A stretch of DNA of 64,000 nucleotides from Octopus bimaculoides (Eukaryota), in NCBI RefSeq assembly GCF_001194135.2, contig NC_068981.1, positions 11,795,751 to 11,859,750 on the forward strand, read 5' to 3'. Numbering within the stretch: position 1 is the first letter of the stretch; every line of letters starts with the position of its first letter. Shown in pieces: positions 49,165 to 61,749 of this stretch. The translations under genes were made by a program, and so were the position numbers. Below the pieces are notes generated by a model, which was not told the DNA's origin, did no database searches, and saw nothing but the letters and a program-made list of their open reading frames with translations.

Positions 49165-51881
49165 TGATATTTAGTATGCTAGAGCCGCTTTTATTTCATA
49201 TATAGTTATAAGTCAACCATTCTAGATAAGGTTATTAATTTCTAAATAAATCTCATAGTGAAGTGGCAAAATGTAGACTCAATTACAGTGACCGTTTTAT
49301 ATTAACGGAACATATTTGTCAAATAGAGTAATAAAAGCAAAAATTAATCTCCATTTGATTTAAAGTCACAACGAAGAAATATTAAAGTAATATTTAAAAA
49401 ATCTATTTCATTAAGCTGTATTTTTGCCATTTGTCATTCATGTCCAAACAGAGAATAATGATGTATATTAAATAGATGATTATTTTATTTCAGGATATCC
49501 TGTGATGTTATTAAATCCTGTATTAGTATTTAATCTAGTAGCATATCATTTCGTGACCCTGTCTTTTTAAGACCAAATTGGGACTAGCATCAATAATCTA
49601 ATCGCATCTACAGAATATGTATCACACATGCAAGCCATCCATTCACAATGTACAAATACGTTACAAAATACAAGACAACTTGTTCACTGTCTCAGTCGTT
49701 TTCCAAAATATTAATATAGATTTCTAACTTCAATATTATGCGGTAAGGGAAACAACTAGAAGTTGCCATTGCTTGTTCAGTATTTACGTATTCAAAAAAA
49801 ATTATCTTTGTACTTGTTCTGTAATACATTTTAATGCTTCCAAAACAAACTTATGTATATTTACATATGATGTAATCTATATGACATCTAGCATTTCCGG
49901 ATGACTTTATAGCGTCTAAAATTGCAGAAGAATTCGCCGGTCGACTGTTTAGTTTATGATTATCGTTTGTGTCTTTGTGAGAGATTTAACATTAGTATAT
50001 TCTATGTATTTCATCTCTTTGTAAAGTTTTATCGTGATACCAAGCATATCAGTGAAGATGCCCTTACTAGCTGATGATTTGGATATTCTGTTTTAAATAT
50101 TTCTGATTAGTCCATTACTATGCAGTGTTGAATTGTTAAAAGAGTTTATTTATACGGTTTGTATTTTCGCTCGGTTACTGATATAGGACGTACAGTTTCT
50201 AATACTAGTGTAACGTGTATGGAATTTACGCTCCTTTAATCGTTTGAAGATTCTATCGAAAACTTAAGTTTTTAAAAACGTTGTGTAATTCAAGTTCCTT
50301 TGAATATATATANNNNNNNNNNNNNNNNNNNNNNNNNNNNNNNNNNNNNNNNNNNNNNNNNNNNNNNNNNNNNNNNNNNNNNNNNNNNNNNNNNNNNNNN
50401 NNNNNNNNNNNNNNNNNNNNNNNNNNNNNNNNNCACACACACACACACACACACTCACTCACTCACACACACAGAAAAAAATTCCACGCATACACAAAAC
50501 AAAAATATGCCCAATGAATGCGTGAGACTGATTTTTCGTGTATTTGTGATATCCATAGAAATTGTTAACATAATTTTTGAATAAGCATTGCACGTTTCAA
50601 ATTATTTTCTACATAAACTTTGATACACATAATTCTATTAAGAAGCATGTTTATTTTTTTTTACCTGCCATTACGAATATTTTCAATTAATATATATAGA
50701 TTTAATATTTAAGTGAGATATTAATGATTTAATTAAATGTGTGCAATAAATAAACTGAAATGTTATTTAAGATATTCTGATGTGTACATTAGAAACTGTT
50801 CTCAATTGGATAAATAATGCATATACAAGTATAATGGCATGAATAATTTGCATAGAATATTTGCAAGATAGGCAGTATATCAGTTTCGATGTCATGCGTT
50901 AGATTCAAGATTCAAATTATATATAATTTGAGGATATTTCTACTTAAATAAAATTACGTCCTCCTAATGAACAATTGTTTACGATGTGTGCAATAATTCA
51001 ATATTTATATAACTCATTGCAAGTTGTTTTGGCTATACTATTTGACACTGCTCGACTCCTCATCGAACAAATCTATTACCAAATTTTCCCCTGTGGTCAT
51101 CATCTCGCCTTTTTCCTGTGTATATATAACCGAGGAACATAGTAAATATCGTGTTATTTCTAGGAGGCTAGAATAAACTTTAAGGTAATTGAGCTGGTAT
51201 AGTAATTAATGTGAATCTGTTCACAGATATGTGATAATTTTCTCGTTAAATTGAATGTGTTCAAGTGCAATATAATTATCTATCAGTGCACCAGGATATA
51301 GAAGAGTAACAGAAACTGAGTCGAAACGTTTGTGAAAGGCGTTGTTATAATGGGAAAGAGACATCAGGGAGCAAATCTTAAAGAAAATTGATAGAGTAAC
51401 GTTTTACATTATGTAAAGAGCAAGCACACTGTTTATCGACACAAAATATAATAATGTTCGGTGAAATATTGTCTATTTATATATTACACCCTTGGTGTCG
51501 TTTCAACACAACACAACGTTAAGGGAAGTAATCCAAAATTAAGAGTATTTCCACCTTGATAGACCCATATTGGTTTCAAACATTTATATATCGATCTATA
51601 AAATCCTTCTTTACTTTTCAGTTTTATAATGGTTCTATGTTATCACAGATATATGGATCTTATTCGGAGAGGGTTGTATGAATATCATCATGGTGGGCTC
51701 CTTACGTAGGTGTGACATATTTGACTGGACCCATGAAATGGTTGGAGTCTCTGTTGGGAATATTGCTACTAGTAATTAAATAAACAAATATATATTTATA
51801 TTCTAGATAGTGTATATTTTAATAACGTATTACCTAGTTAAAATCAGGTATATTATACACGTACTCATACACACCACAGAC

Positions 51882-51928
<47 letters not shown>

Positions 51929-52028
51929 CATACATATATATATATGTATATATATATATATCACTTTGTTTTCAGAATGAGATAAAAAACTAAGGCTGTG
52001 AAGATTTTAGAACATTTATAAAGAGAAG

Positions 52029-52076
52029 GTCTTACAGCTGCTTCCAGGATATTTATTATATCCCTTCATCGGAGAC
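52029..52076 (-). ncRNA. Decayed minimal hammerhead (Penelope-type end)
   Basis: GUCU-CCGAUGA-A-GGGAUAU/AAUAA/AUAUCCU-G-GAAG-CAGCUGU-A-AGAC: all three stems are present, with two core substitutions. Confidence 0.6.
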
Positions 52077-53299
52077 GGTGTGAGAAAATGGTAGAGCAAT
52101 AGTTAATTTAGATATGATACGAAATAAAGTGTGAAGTGGAAGAATGAAAATAGATGTGAGATATGCAGGGATATTGCATCCGTAGATTCATTATTTAGGC
52201 AGAATGGTATACATATAAGATTCCAATACTTTGTGAGTAAAATCTAATAGTATTTAAAATTGGTCATTCTAAGAATAGACTTTGGAAACAGTGCTATTGA
52301 ATCAAGGGTTTTATTTATATATGGCGGTGTATGCATGTATATATAGATGTATATAACATGAAAAAATTAACAGAGTAAAATTGAATTCAGTGTTGGTCTA
52401 TTTTTGTCAGTGCTACACTCACAGATTTCACCGCAAATTATTGTTTGTAGTTCATGACTTCAATCAAGTACTGAGGACTATTAAAATGCTGAATGTCATA
52501 CAACGAGAAAAGTTGGCAAGTTTCCAAGTACTTTTCACAACTTTATTAATTTTCATTCAAGACTTTGTGTAATATTCAGAATAATTTTAGACCCATTAAA
52601 TGTTTTCCAAAAATTAATAATCTCGCTTAAGCAAACTATATCGTAAATCTCTTTAGAAAATGTAATAAATAGCTTTCTTTTCAAAAGATTCAAATGACAA
52701 ATTGCAATCCAATAGATAAGACAAGACTGAAATTAATATTTCTGTGGTGCATGAATTGGTTCATCGCATCTGTGAGAACATCTTAATTAAAGCAAGATGT
52801 GTATCCAAATCTCTTCAAGATATTGATTAGATTCAACTAACTTGTCACCAGAAATCCTTTCAGTAATAAAAAAAAAAGTTGCACTGTAAATTAAATTAAC
52901 AAATGATTTATGATTAATTCTGGTTGAATAAAAATGTATTGCATGAAAAACGTTGAAGATGTAATAACCATGGTCAAACCTGTTCACAAGAATTCTTTTT
53001 TTTTACTCTAATCATCTATTTTATGACTCATTATGAATAACAGAAAAGAGAGTCGTCACTGCGCGTCATAATATTATGTAGTATTGGTTTGATGTTCAAA
53101 TGATATTGCGTGCAAAATTGTTACACGTATGCATGCACGCTCGCATACATACCTACACACATATATGTTCGTGTGTGTATTCGTGTGTGCGTGTGTGCGC
53201 ATGAGCGGCGTGCACATAGATAAGTTCCAAACATTTAAATGGCAATGTAACAAACATAAAAATTCAGGCATGGGACGCTGCTAATTTTTCGTCCGTTAT

Positions 53300-54490
53300 C
53301 ATCCAAAAGATCATAACAATTTCACGCCTTTATCGATAACATTGTTCATTTTTTGGTGGAGTCAGCGAGAAGAAACCACTGGTAATAGCTTGGGAATATA
53401 CGGACAATGACTAAAACAATCACGACAAAATGAGGATATACACCGAGTTCTACAGGAAAGCAACCAGTAGAGCTTTGTTCACAACCATTCAGCCCTTCTA
53501 CTCGGTGCCAAAATAAGATACGCCAGAAATGAACTTACACGCATCCAGAGCAAGTGCAGCAGAACAGAGGACAATGTAACCCACATTAGGCATTTCCTAG
53601 AAGTATTGAAAACCAAAGGGTAGGCTATATCCATTGTGAATCGGCTTAATTAATGGAGACGATAAACTCGCCAAACACACAGAAAACACAGCAATCCAAG
53701 CTTCCTTAAAAGACTTCATTTTAGCGGAAGGATAACTACAGCCATAAGAAGAGAGGCAATAGACATAAAACTTGCCCACTCCGGCCCCTCTCTGAGAAGA
53801 CACCTAGCAAAAGAAGAGAGCAAGGAACAGCAATCAATGTACACTAGCTAACTGCCCCATCCGTGACAGAAATTTATGCCAACGAGTAAATGTTGTATAT
53901 CGAATGCAATGTAACAAATGCAACAATTTCTATGTGGGTAGCACAACAAGTCCATTACACATCTCCATCAAAGAACATCTAAACACGCGAGCCTCCTCCT
54001 TCAGAAAACACCTAGACAGATGCCGGAACACCGATAAAAGCGTAATCACTAGCAACTGAGTCCAATGACAGAAATTTAGGAAATTTAAGAATTAAGGGGG
54101 CTATTCTCATAAACAAACTAGGCCACCAAATTAACAATAGGGTGGAAATTACCAATCAGTATATGATTTAAAAACATCGACATCCTGCACGCACGATAGT
54201 AACACGCTCATGTAACAAAACATTATATACAAAAAAAAAAATGCACGTATAATACGTAACTTTGAAGTAGAGCTCACACAATCTCGAGACATGACTGCAC
54301 TCCCTCACTTCTTACGAGGAGTTCCCGAAGGAGCTTCGTGAGACCACTATACGGACGCTTCCGACAGATTTCAGTAAACGTTAGAGTACCGACTATAACA
54401 GTGACTCCATTACTTCCTAACGATATCTGAAGAAGGAATTCTTATATTCCGAAATATCATATTAGACTATGAATAATTAAATTATTTATA
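53300..54490 (+). mobile_element. Penelope-like element 3' part: RT thumb, GIY-YIG endonuclease, 3' end with hammerhead
   Basis: TEFYRKATS, HNHSALLLGAKIRYARNELTRIQSKC; 53850-54059 NCPIRDRNLCQRVNVVYRMQCNKCNNFYVGSTTSPLHISIKEHLNTRASSFRKHL (GIY-YIG with PLE Cys pattern); stops and frameshifts present. Confidence 0.9.
54422..54463 (+). ncRNA. Intact minimal type I hammerhead ribozyme motif
   Basis: Stem I GAUAU/AUAUU; CUGAAGA (54427-54433); stem II GGAAU/AUUCC; GAAA (54451-54454); palindromic stem III AUAU; AUC cleavage after 54458. Confidence 0.75.
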
Positions 54491-54843
54491 ACACTTATTA
54501 TTGTCCACTCTGCATAATTATAGTCCATTGCATACACGTTACATTTCACNNNNNNNNNNNNNNNNNNNNNNNNNNNNNNNNNNNNNNNNNNNNNNNNNNN
54601 NNNNNNNNNNNNNNNNNNNNNNNNNNNNNNNNNNNNNNNNNNNNNNNNNNNNNNNNNNNNNNNNNNNNNNNNNNNNNNNNNNNNNNNNNNNNNNNNNNNN
54701 NNNNNNNNNNNNNNNNNNNNNNNNNNNNNNNNNNNNNNNNNNNNNNNNNNNNNNNNNNNNNNNNNNNNNNNNNNNNNNNNNNNNNNNNNNNNNNNNNNNN
54801 NNNNNNNNNNNNNNNNNNNNNNNNNNNNNNNNNNNNATATATA

Positions 54844-54893
54844 ATAGACGCACACGCACACATATATATGCATGTACATGTAGTTATGTACAT

Positions 54894-54935
<42 letters not shown>

Positions 54936-54989
54936 TTGTATGTACATAACTACATGTACATGCATATATATGTGTGCGTGTGCGTCTAT
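54844..54989. repeat. Perfect 55-bp inverted repeat around a (TA)n spacer
   Basis: 54844-54898 is the exact reverse complement of 54935-54989. Confidence 0.92.
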
Positions 54990-55438
54990 GTGTAGACATA
55001 CATACATAGTTTATGAATAGAATTTGGTGTGTATTCAGAAAACGAAGATCTTAAATGTGGCTTGATATGTTATGTGTAATCAAATAGTTTCCCTATGAAG
55101 GCAGTGTACACACTCACTCTTTCTGAGAAATGTGACATGTTTGGTTTCCTGTTTGATTATATAGCACGTAATCTGTTTCAGAGTATAAAATTATGATTTC
55201 TTTGCGTTTTAAAAGTTATTTGCAGATCATCGTTTTCCATTTTACTACATTAGTAGCCGAATGGTGCTTAAGCAATTAGAGTAAGTATAAGTACAGGTAC
55301 AAATACACTCTTCTCGCTCATGATAACACACGCACAAACACACACGCCATACACACACATATCAATGTGTGCATGTGTATGTATATCTATATGTACAAAT
55401 AGATAGATATGTATATATATGAAAATATATATATATAC

Positions 55439-55474
<36 letters not shown>

Positions 55475-55982
55475 NNNNNNNNNNNNNNNNNNNNNNNNNN
55501 NNNNNNNNNNNNNNNNNNNNNNNNNNNNNNNNNNNNNNNNNNNNNNNNNNNNNNNNNNNNNNNNNNNNNNNNNNNNNNNNNNNNNNNNNNNNNNNNNNNN
55601 NNNNNNNNNNNNNNNNNNNNNNNNNNNNNNNNNNNNNNNNNNNNNNNNNNNNNNNNNNNNNNNNNNNNNNNNNNNNNNNNNNNNNNNNNNNNNNNNNNNN
55701 NNNNNNNNNNNNNNNNNNNNNNNNNNNNNNNNNNNNNNNNNNNNNNNNNNNNNNNNNNNNNNNNNNNNNNNNNNNNNNNNNNNNNNNNNNNNNNNNNNNN
55801 NNNNNNNNNNNNNNNNNNNNNNNNNNNNNNNNNNNNNNNNNNNNNNNNNNNNNNNNNNNNNNNNNNNNNNNNNNNNNNNNNNNNNNNNNNNNNNNNNNNN
55901 NNNNNNNNNNNNNNNNNNNNNNNNNNNNNNNNNNNNNNNNNNNNNNNNNNNNNNNNNNNNNNGTGTCTGTGTGTGTGTGTGT

Positions 55983-56355
55983 GTGGAGGCGCAATGGCCC
56001 GCTGGTTAGGGAATCGAGCTCGCGGTCATAGGATCGTGGTTTCGATTCCCAGATTGGGCATTGTGAGTGTTTATTGAGCTCGAAAACACCTAAAGCTCCA
56101 CGTTGCTCCCGCAAAGGGTGGTGGTGAGCCCTGCTGTACTCTTTCGCCACAACTTTAATCCTGTTTCTGTTGTACCTGTATTCCAAAGGGCCAGCCTTGT
56201 CACACTGTCGCACTGAATATCCCCGAGAACTAAGTTAAGGTTACACGTGTCTGTGGAGTGTTCAGCCACTTGCACGTTACTCTCACGAGCAGTCTGTTCC
56301 CCTGATCGGATTAACTGGAACCCCCATCGTCGTAAGCGACGGAGTGCCAACAACA
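55983..56355 (+). mobile_element. SINE family C, full length, inserted in a TG repeat
   Basis: GTGGAGGCGCAATGGCCC head, GGTTTCGATTCCC B box, GAGTGCCAACAAC tail. Confidence 0.92.
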
Positions 56356-56682
56356 TATGTGCGTGTATATATGTGTGTGAATGTGTGTAGATGTGCGTAC
56401 GTGTGTGCGTGCGTATACATACAGCGGGACCAGCGTTAATCTGAGGATTAAACGGTCAATCGGTCAATCATGGCGACTGGTTGGACAAATATAGTTAGCC
56501 AGGAGAGCTAAGAAGAAGGGGAGATAATAAATTACTGGTTATCCCGAAACGAAGGTGCGCGTACGTGCATGTATGTGAGAGTGTGTAAGTGTTTGTGTGT
56601 GGATGTGTGCGTGTGTAAGTGTGCGCTTCTTTAATGTACAGGTGTGTGAATGATGGTGTGGGTGCCTATATATATAAGTGAA

Positions 56683-56722
56683 GGCGCATTGCTCAGTGGC
56701 TAGAGCGTCGAGCTTACGATCA
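56683..56722 (+). mobile_element. Truncated tRNA-like SINE head (probably family D)
   Basis: GGCGCATTGCTCAGTGGCTAGAGCGTCGAGCTTACGATC: A box and a TAC anticodon-like loop; no B box follows. Confidence 0.5.
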
Positions 56723-58671
56723 GCACAAAGCGAATCATTTGCAGTGGAGCCTTCAACACGACAGGTTGAGGTTCTCTATCATGGTAACGCGTGCTGAGGA
56801 AGGCTAGGTTATTATGCCAGTCCAGAAACCGTTTCACGTGATTCCAAATACTTGAATGTTTGTGGAGGGATTGTCTTGGTTCGTTTGCCATCAAACAGTT
56901 GATTTCTGTAGTTATTATCAGTGTACTTATGGCGATTTAAAAATGCGTTTTGACTGTTATTTGGCTGTTATTTGCAGCAGCTAGAATATTTAGTATGTCC
57001 TAAGATTAATTTTAATCCTTCAGCTATATATATATATATATATAATATATTAAATGAAGTGTACAGTATTATATATTCCTTACGGAGAATCTTAGTTATC
57101 GGTTTCGCGCTCGAGGTTCAACGGAGTGTTAGGTAACAGTCCGATTATGTAACCATGCAGTCTTCAGTGATAGCTGTTATGGAATGAAATATGGCAACTA
57201 CTCTTTATATTTGGAGGTGAATAGAGACATCCGGTTTGTGGATGCTGAGAAATAGATAATGAAACGAATCAAGCAGAGGATTAAGTTAAAAATTATGTCC
57301 CTTATTATCAAAAATATCATGCCTGTTTTTATTTGTGTGTGTAATTGTATGTGTGCGTGTGTGTGTGCGTGAGTGCGTGTGTGCGTGAGTGTGTGTGTGC
57401 GTGAGTGTGTGTGCCGCCGTGCCTGTGTGCGTTAACCATCCGTAACGTCTTTAAGGTCTCGTTCCATTCTTCAAGATACGTTCGGGAGTTGCTTGTCATC
57501 CTGTAGAGTTTCCGTATGATAATAACGAGAGGACAGTTCATGAGAGGCTTGGTTTGTGTGTGTGTATATGGGCATCTGCACGCGCGTGTCTGTGCGTACA
57601 TGTGGTCTGTGCACGCAGATTGTGGACTACTGTGCATGTTTGTATGGCTGATTCTGTGACTGAGGGTTTGATTTCGGTTGTGTATGTGCGTGAATTGTTG
57701 TGTTTGCTTATATAAGTGCATTTCAGNNNNNNNNNNNNNNNNNNNNNNNNNNNNNNNNNNNNNNNNNNNNNNNNNNNNNNNNNNNNNNNNNNNNNNNNNN
57801 NNNNNNNNNNNNNNNNNNNNNNNNNNNNNNNNNNNNNNNNNNNNNNNNNNNNNNNNNNNNNNNNNNNNNNNNNNNNNNNNNNNNNNNNNNNNNNNNNNNN
57901 NNNNNNNNNNNNNNNNNNNNNNNNNNNNNNNNNNNNNNNNNNNNNNNNNNNNNNNNNNNNNNNNNNNNNNNNNNNNNNNNNNNNNNNNNNNNNNNNNNNN
58001 NNNNNNNNNNNNNNNNNNNNNNNNNNNNNNNNNNNNNNNNNNNNNNNNNNNNNNNNNNNNNNNNNNNNNNNNNNNNNNNNNNNNNNNNNNNNNNNNNNNN
58101 NNNNNNNNNNNNNNNNNNNNNNNNNNNNNNNNNNNNNNNNNNNNNNNNNNNNNNNNNNNNNNNNNNNNNNNNNNNNNNNNNNNNNNNNNNNNNNNNNNNN
58201 NNNNNNNNNNNNNNNNNNNNNNNNNNNNNNNNNNNNNNNNNNNNNNNNNNNNNNNNNNNNNNNNNNNNNNNNNNNNNNNNNNNNNNNNNNNNNNNNNNNN
58301 NNNNNNNNNNNNNNNNNNNNNNNNNNNNNNNNNNNNNNNNNNNNNNNNNNNNNNNNNNNNNNNNNNNNNNNNNNNNNNNNNNNNNNNNNNNNNNNNNNNN
58401 NNNNNNNNNNNNNNNNNNNNNNNNNNNNNNNNNNNNNNNNNNNNNNNNNNNNNNNNNNNNNNNNNNNNNNNNNNNNNNNNNNNNNNNNNNNNNNNNNNNN
58501 NNNNNNNNNNNNNNNNNNNNNNNNNNNNNNNNNNNNNNNNNNNNNNNNNNNNNNNNNNNNNNNNNNNNNNNNNNNNNNNNNNNNNNNNNNNNNNNNNNNN
58601 NNNNNNNNNNNNNNNNNNNNNNNNNNNNNNNNNNNNNNNNNNNNNNNNNNNATATATATATATATATATAT

Positions 58672-58843
58672 ATATATATACGACGGGCTTCTTTCCGTTT
58701 CCGTCTATCAAATCCACTCACAAAGCTTTGGTCGGCCCGGAGCTATAGTAGAATACACTTGTCCAAGGTGCCACGCAGTGGGATTGAACCTGGAACCATG
58801 TGGTTGATTAGCAAAGTACTTGCCACACAGCCACTCTTGCACC
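58672..58843 (-). mobile_element. SINE family A 5' half (gap at its internal TA repeat)
   Basis: ATACGACGGGCTTCTTTC..CAAGGTGCCACGCAGTGGGATTGAACC..CACACAGCCACTCTTGCACC. Confidence 0.88.
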
Positions 58844-58854
58844 TATATATATAT

Positions 58855-58915
58855 GTCTTGCCCAAGGACACAACACGCATCCCGGTCCAGGAATCGAACT
58901 CACAATCTCACGATA
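58855..58915 (-). mobile_element. SINE family D fragment (B box + CORE-like start)
   Basis: Reverse complement GTGAGTTCGATTCCTGGACCGGGATGCGTGTTGTGTCCTTGGGCAAGAC. Confidence 0.65.
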
Positions 58916-58928
58916 GAACAGAATTATA

Positions 58929-60561
58929 TCTAAGACATTTCAGTTTAAGAGGGAATTATATAAAGATTATATAAATAAAAATATTAATATTACGGGTTTT
59001 GGATTTGCTTTGCAAGATCCTTTATGTGAGTTTGTGGGTTGAAGCATATTCTGTTGTGTCTGGGAGAGTCATTCTCTTTTAGTGCCTTATAATTTAACAC
59101 ACTCACCGGTAAAATTTCCATTCAATTGCTTATTCATTTATAATTGTTGGAACGCATCTTGAATAACGGACAGAGTCAGCAACTATTGAAAATATTTCAA
59201 GACAACGAAAATTTGAGAAAAATAAATGAGTAAGTGAGTGGAAATTTTACTAAAAGAGAATGACTCTCCCCAGACACTACTTGATATTACGGGTTTCGAT
59301 GTATTTCTTCTTATCAAATTTTAGTAAAAGTCTATAAAAACTTAAAAAATTTGANNNNNNNNNNTGTGTGTGTGTGTGTGTGTGTGTGTATTGTGTTAAA
59401 TGTCTTTTCAATATGGTTTGAAAAATGACCAGCTGTGAGTTGATGGGTGAGTATGTTGTGAAGAATTTCTCTTGTTGAAAAAAAAGTCAGGATTTTTCTT
59501 TGAGTTAGATGTATTCTTTTGAGTGTCTCCAACTGTGTGTATGTGTGTTTTTATAAGGTTTTCTTTTTTTTGTGCATGTGTGTGTTTATGTGTACAGAGT
59601 TGCGTGTGTGTATGTGTGAGTGTGTGTTTTGTGATATTTTCTCTTGTATGTGTGTGTGTGTGTTTGTATGTCTGTGTTTTGTGATGTTTTTCTTTTTTGT
59701 GTATGTGCGTATGTTTGTGTCTACGTGTGTGCTTTTGATGTTTCCTATTGCATGTGTGTGTGTGAGTGTATGTGTGTTTGTGTGTTTGTTTTTTTATGAA
59801 AGAAAACAACAAAAAGCACACACAGACACGCATACACACATGCACTCACATACACATGAAATAGAAAGCATCACAAACACACAGAAAGATACACAGATGC
59901 ACAAAAAGAAAACATCACAAAAACACACATAGATACACACGTGCACAAAAAAGAAACATCACAAAATCACAAAATCACATACACACACAACTCTGTACAC
60001 ACATACACACATACACACAGCTGGTGACTGCAGACGTAGACGCACGTGGAGACACTCAAAAGAATACATCTAACCCAAAGAAAAATCCAGACTCTTTTTT
60101 CAATAAGAGAAATTCTTCACAACATACGCACCCATCAACTCCCAGCTGGTCATTTTTTAAAACATAGTGAAAGGACACTTAACCCAAGACACACAAACAC
60201 ACAAACACGCACACACACACACACACACATGTGGTCATAAAACCCATTCAATAAATGCTTTTTGGTCACTCCCTTGAGAGGAAAACACAACGATTTTGTT
60301 TAGACAATAGACACACCTCTCACCGTCTAACTCTTTGAACTCTACACCAAAATATATTTGAATAAAACTTCAACAAAAAATCCGCAGACTTGTTCTTGAC
60401 CACCAGACAGAAGGTAGACTGTTTTTAATTCAATTTTTTTCAAATTTTTTATAAATTTTTATTAATATTCGATAAGATAACATACATCGAAACCCGTAAT
60501 ATTAATATTTTTATCTCTATAATATTTTATTAAATTCCCTCTTAAACTCAAATGTCTTAGA
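58929..60561. mobile_element. Composite non-autonomous DNA element with ~70-bp terminal inverted repeats and nested palindromes
   Basis: TCTAAGACATTTCAGTTTAAGAGGGAATT..ATTACGGGTTT (58929-58999) versus its reverse complement at 60490-60561; inner hairpin 59055-59278; inner inverted pair 59365-59532 / 60046-60228. Confidence 0.8.
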
Positions 60562-60590
60562 CTTAATTTTGCGCTATTTACATCTCCATC

Positions 60591-60647
<57 letters not shown>

Positions 60648-61081
60648 NNNNNNNNNNNNNNNNNNNNNNNNNNNNNNNNNNNNNNNNNNNNNNNNNNNNN
60701 NNNNNNNNNNNNNNNNNNNNNNNNNNNNNNNNNNNNNNNNNNGACTATCTAGCGTGAATGAGCGTATGCGCAAAACATGTATGAGTGTTTTTTTTAAAAC
60801 AAAGTAAATAATTTTTTTAAACAAAGTAAATAAAACACAAATTAAATAATTTTTGTTTTGTTGAATCTTCCCCACCTTACTCTTAAAACGTCGTTTTACG
60901 TTCTTTCAGGGTGTACTTTGGTGTCACATCTATTTCAGTAATCCCATTGTAGGATCTTTTTGTTTTGACGGGAAACATTTTTCATTTATGTTTTATGTAG
61001 TCTTTTTGGCACCGAAACACTTTCAAACATCGAATACTTGTATATTTTGTGTTATAGAACAGATAAAAAATTTTGTATTCG

Positions 61082-61665
61082 AAGTTATTTCATGTAAAAA
61101 ATTGTCGTATTTCGGTAATTTCAACCAATCACTGACGTCTATTGAGGTGAAAAAAATTACGCCGTGGAATATAATCAACGGTGTCAGGGGATCTTTTCCC
61201 TTGAATAAAATTAGTGCCGTTGTTTGTCAACAAAAACTATCCGTTGTCAACAACAACTATCAGCAGTATATATTTCGTTTGTCACTGTTATTTATGACAT
61301 CGTTCGTGCGTTTGTACTGGTTTTAGCTTTAGGGTTTTATGGTTAGGGTTCGGGTTGTAGAGTTAGGGTTAGTTTTAGGATTACGGTTAGGGTTATGATT
61401 ATTTTTGCCATAACCTTAACCCTAACCCTAAAACCCTAAACCCTTAATAGGGAATAATGATATAATTAAACAGGGAANNNNNNNNNNTAACCCTAAAACC
61501 CTAAACCCTTAATAGGGAATAATGATATAATTAAACAGGGAATAACACTCTTAACACCGGTAAAAATTATTGTTTATAAAAAGAGCAGTAACTTTATTCA
61601 GCTGAATAGACGTCAGTGATTGGTTGAAATTACAGAAATACGACAACTTTAACATGAAATAACTT
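61082..61665. mobile_element. MITE-like element with ~62-bp inverted ends and internal inverted TTAGGG-like tracts
   Basis: AAGTTATTTCATG..CCAATCACTGACGTCTATT (61082-61144) is mirrored at 61605-61665; GGGTTA-like units at 61329-61395; TAACCC-like units at 61411-61445. Confidence 0.8.
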
Positions 61666-61749
61666 ATTAAGAAGTAATTTTTGTTAAGAAGGTTAAGAGA
61701 AAAAGATGTTTTATATGACACATTCTACCAGTATCCCAAGTTTGAAAGT

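Noticed and set aside
56700-56900. Minus-strand SSIWNH..DWHN peptide resembling a GIY-YIG C-terminus
   Set aside because: Similarity is too weak to call without a search.
57329-58974. Longest ORFs in the track (up to 462 aa) and all other X-rich ORFs
   Set aside because: They are open only because they cross N gaps and dinucleotide repeats.
61478-61522. Direct duplication of 61422-61467
   Set aside because: It straddles a 10-N gap, which is typical of an unmerged contig overlap.
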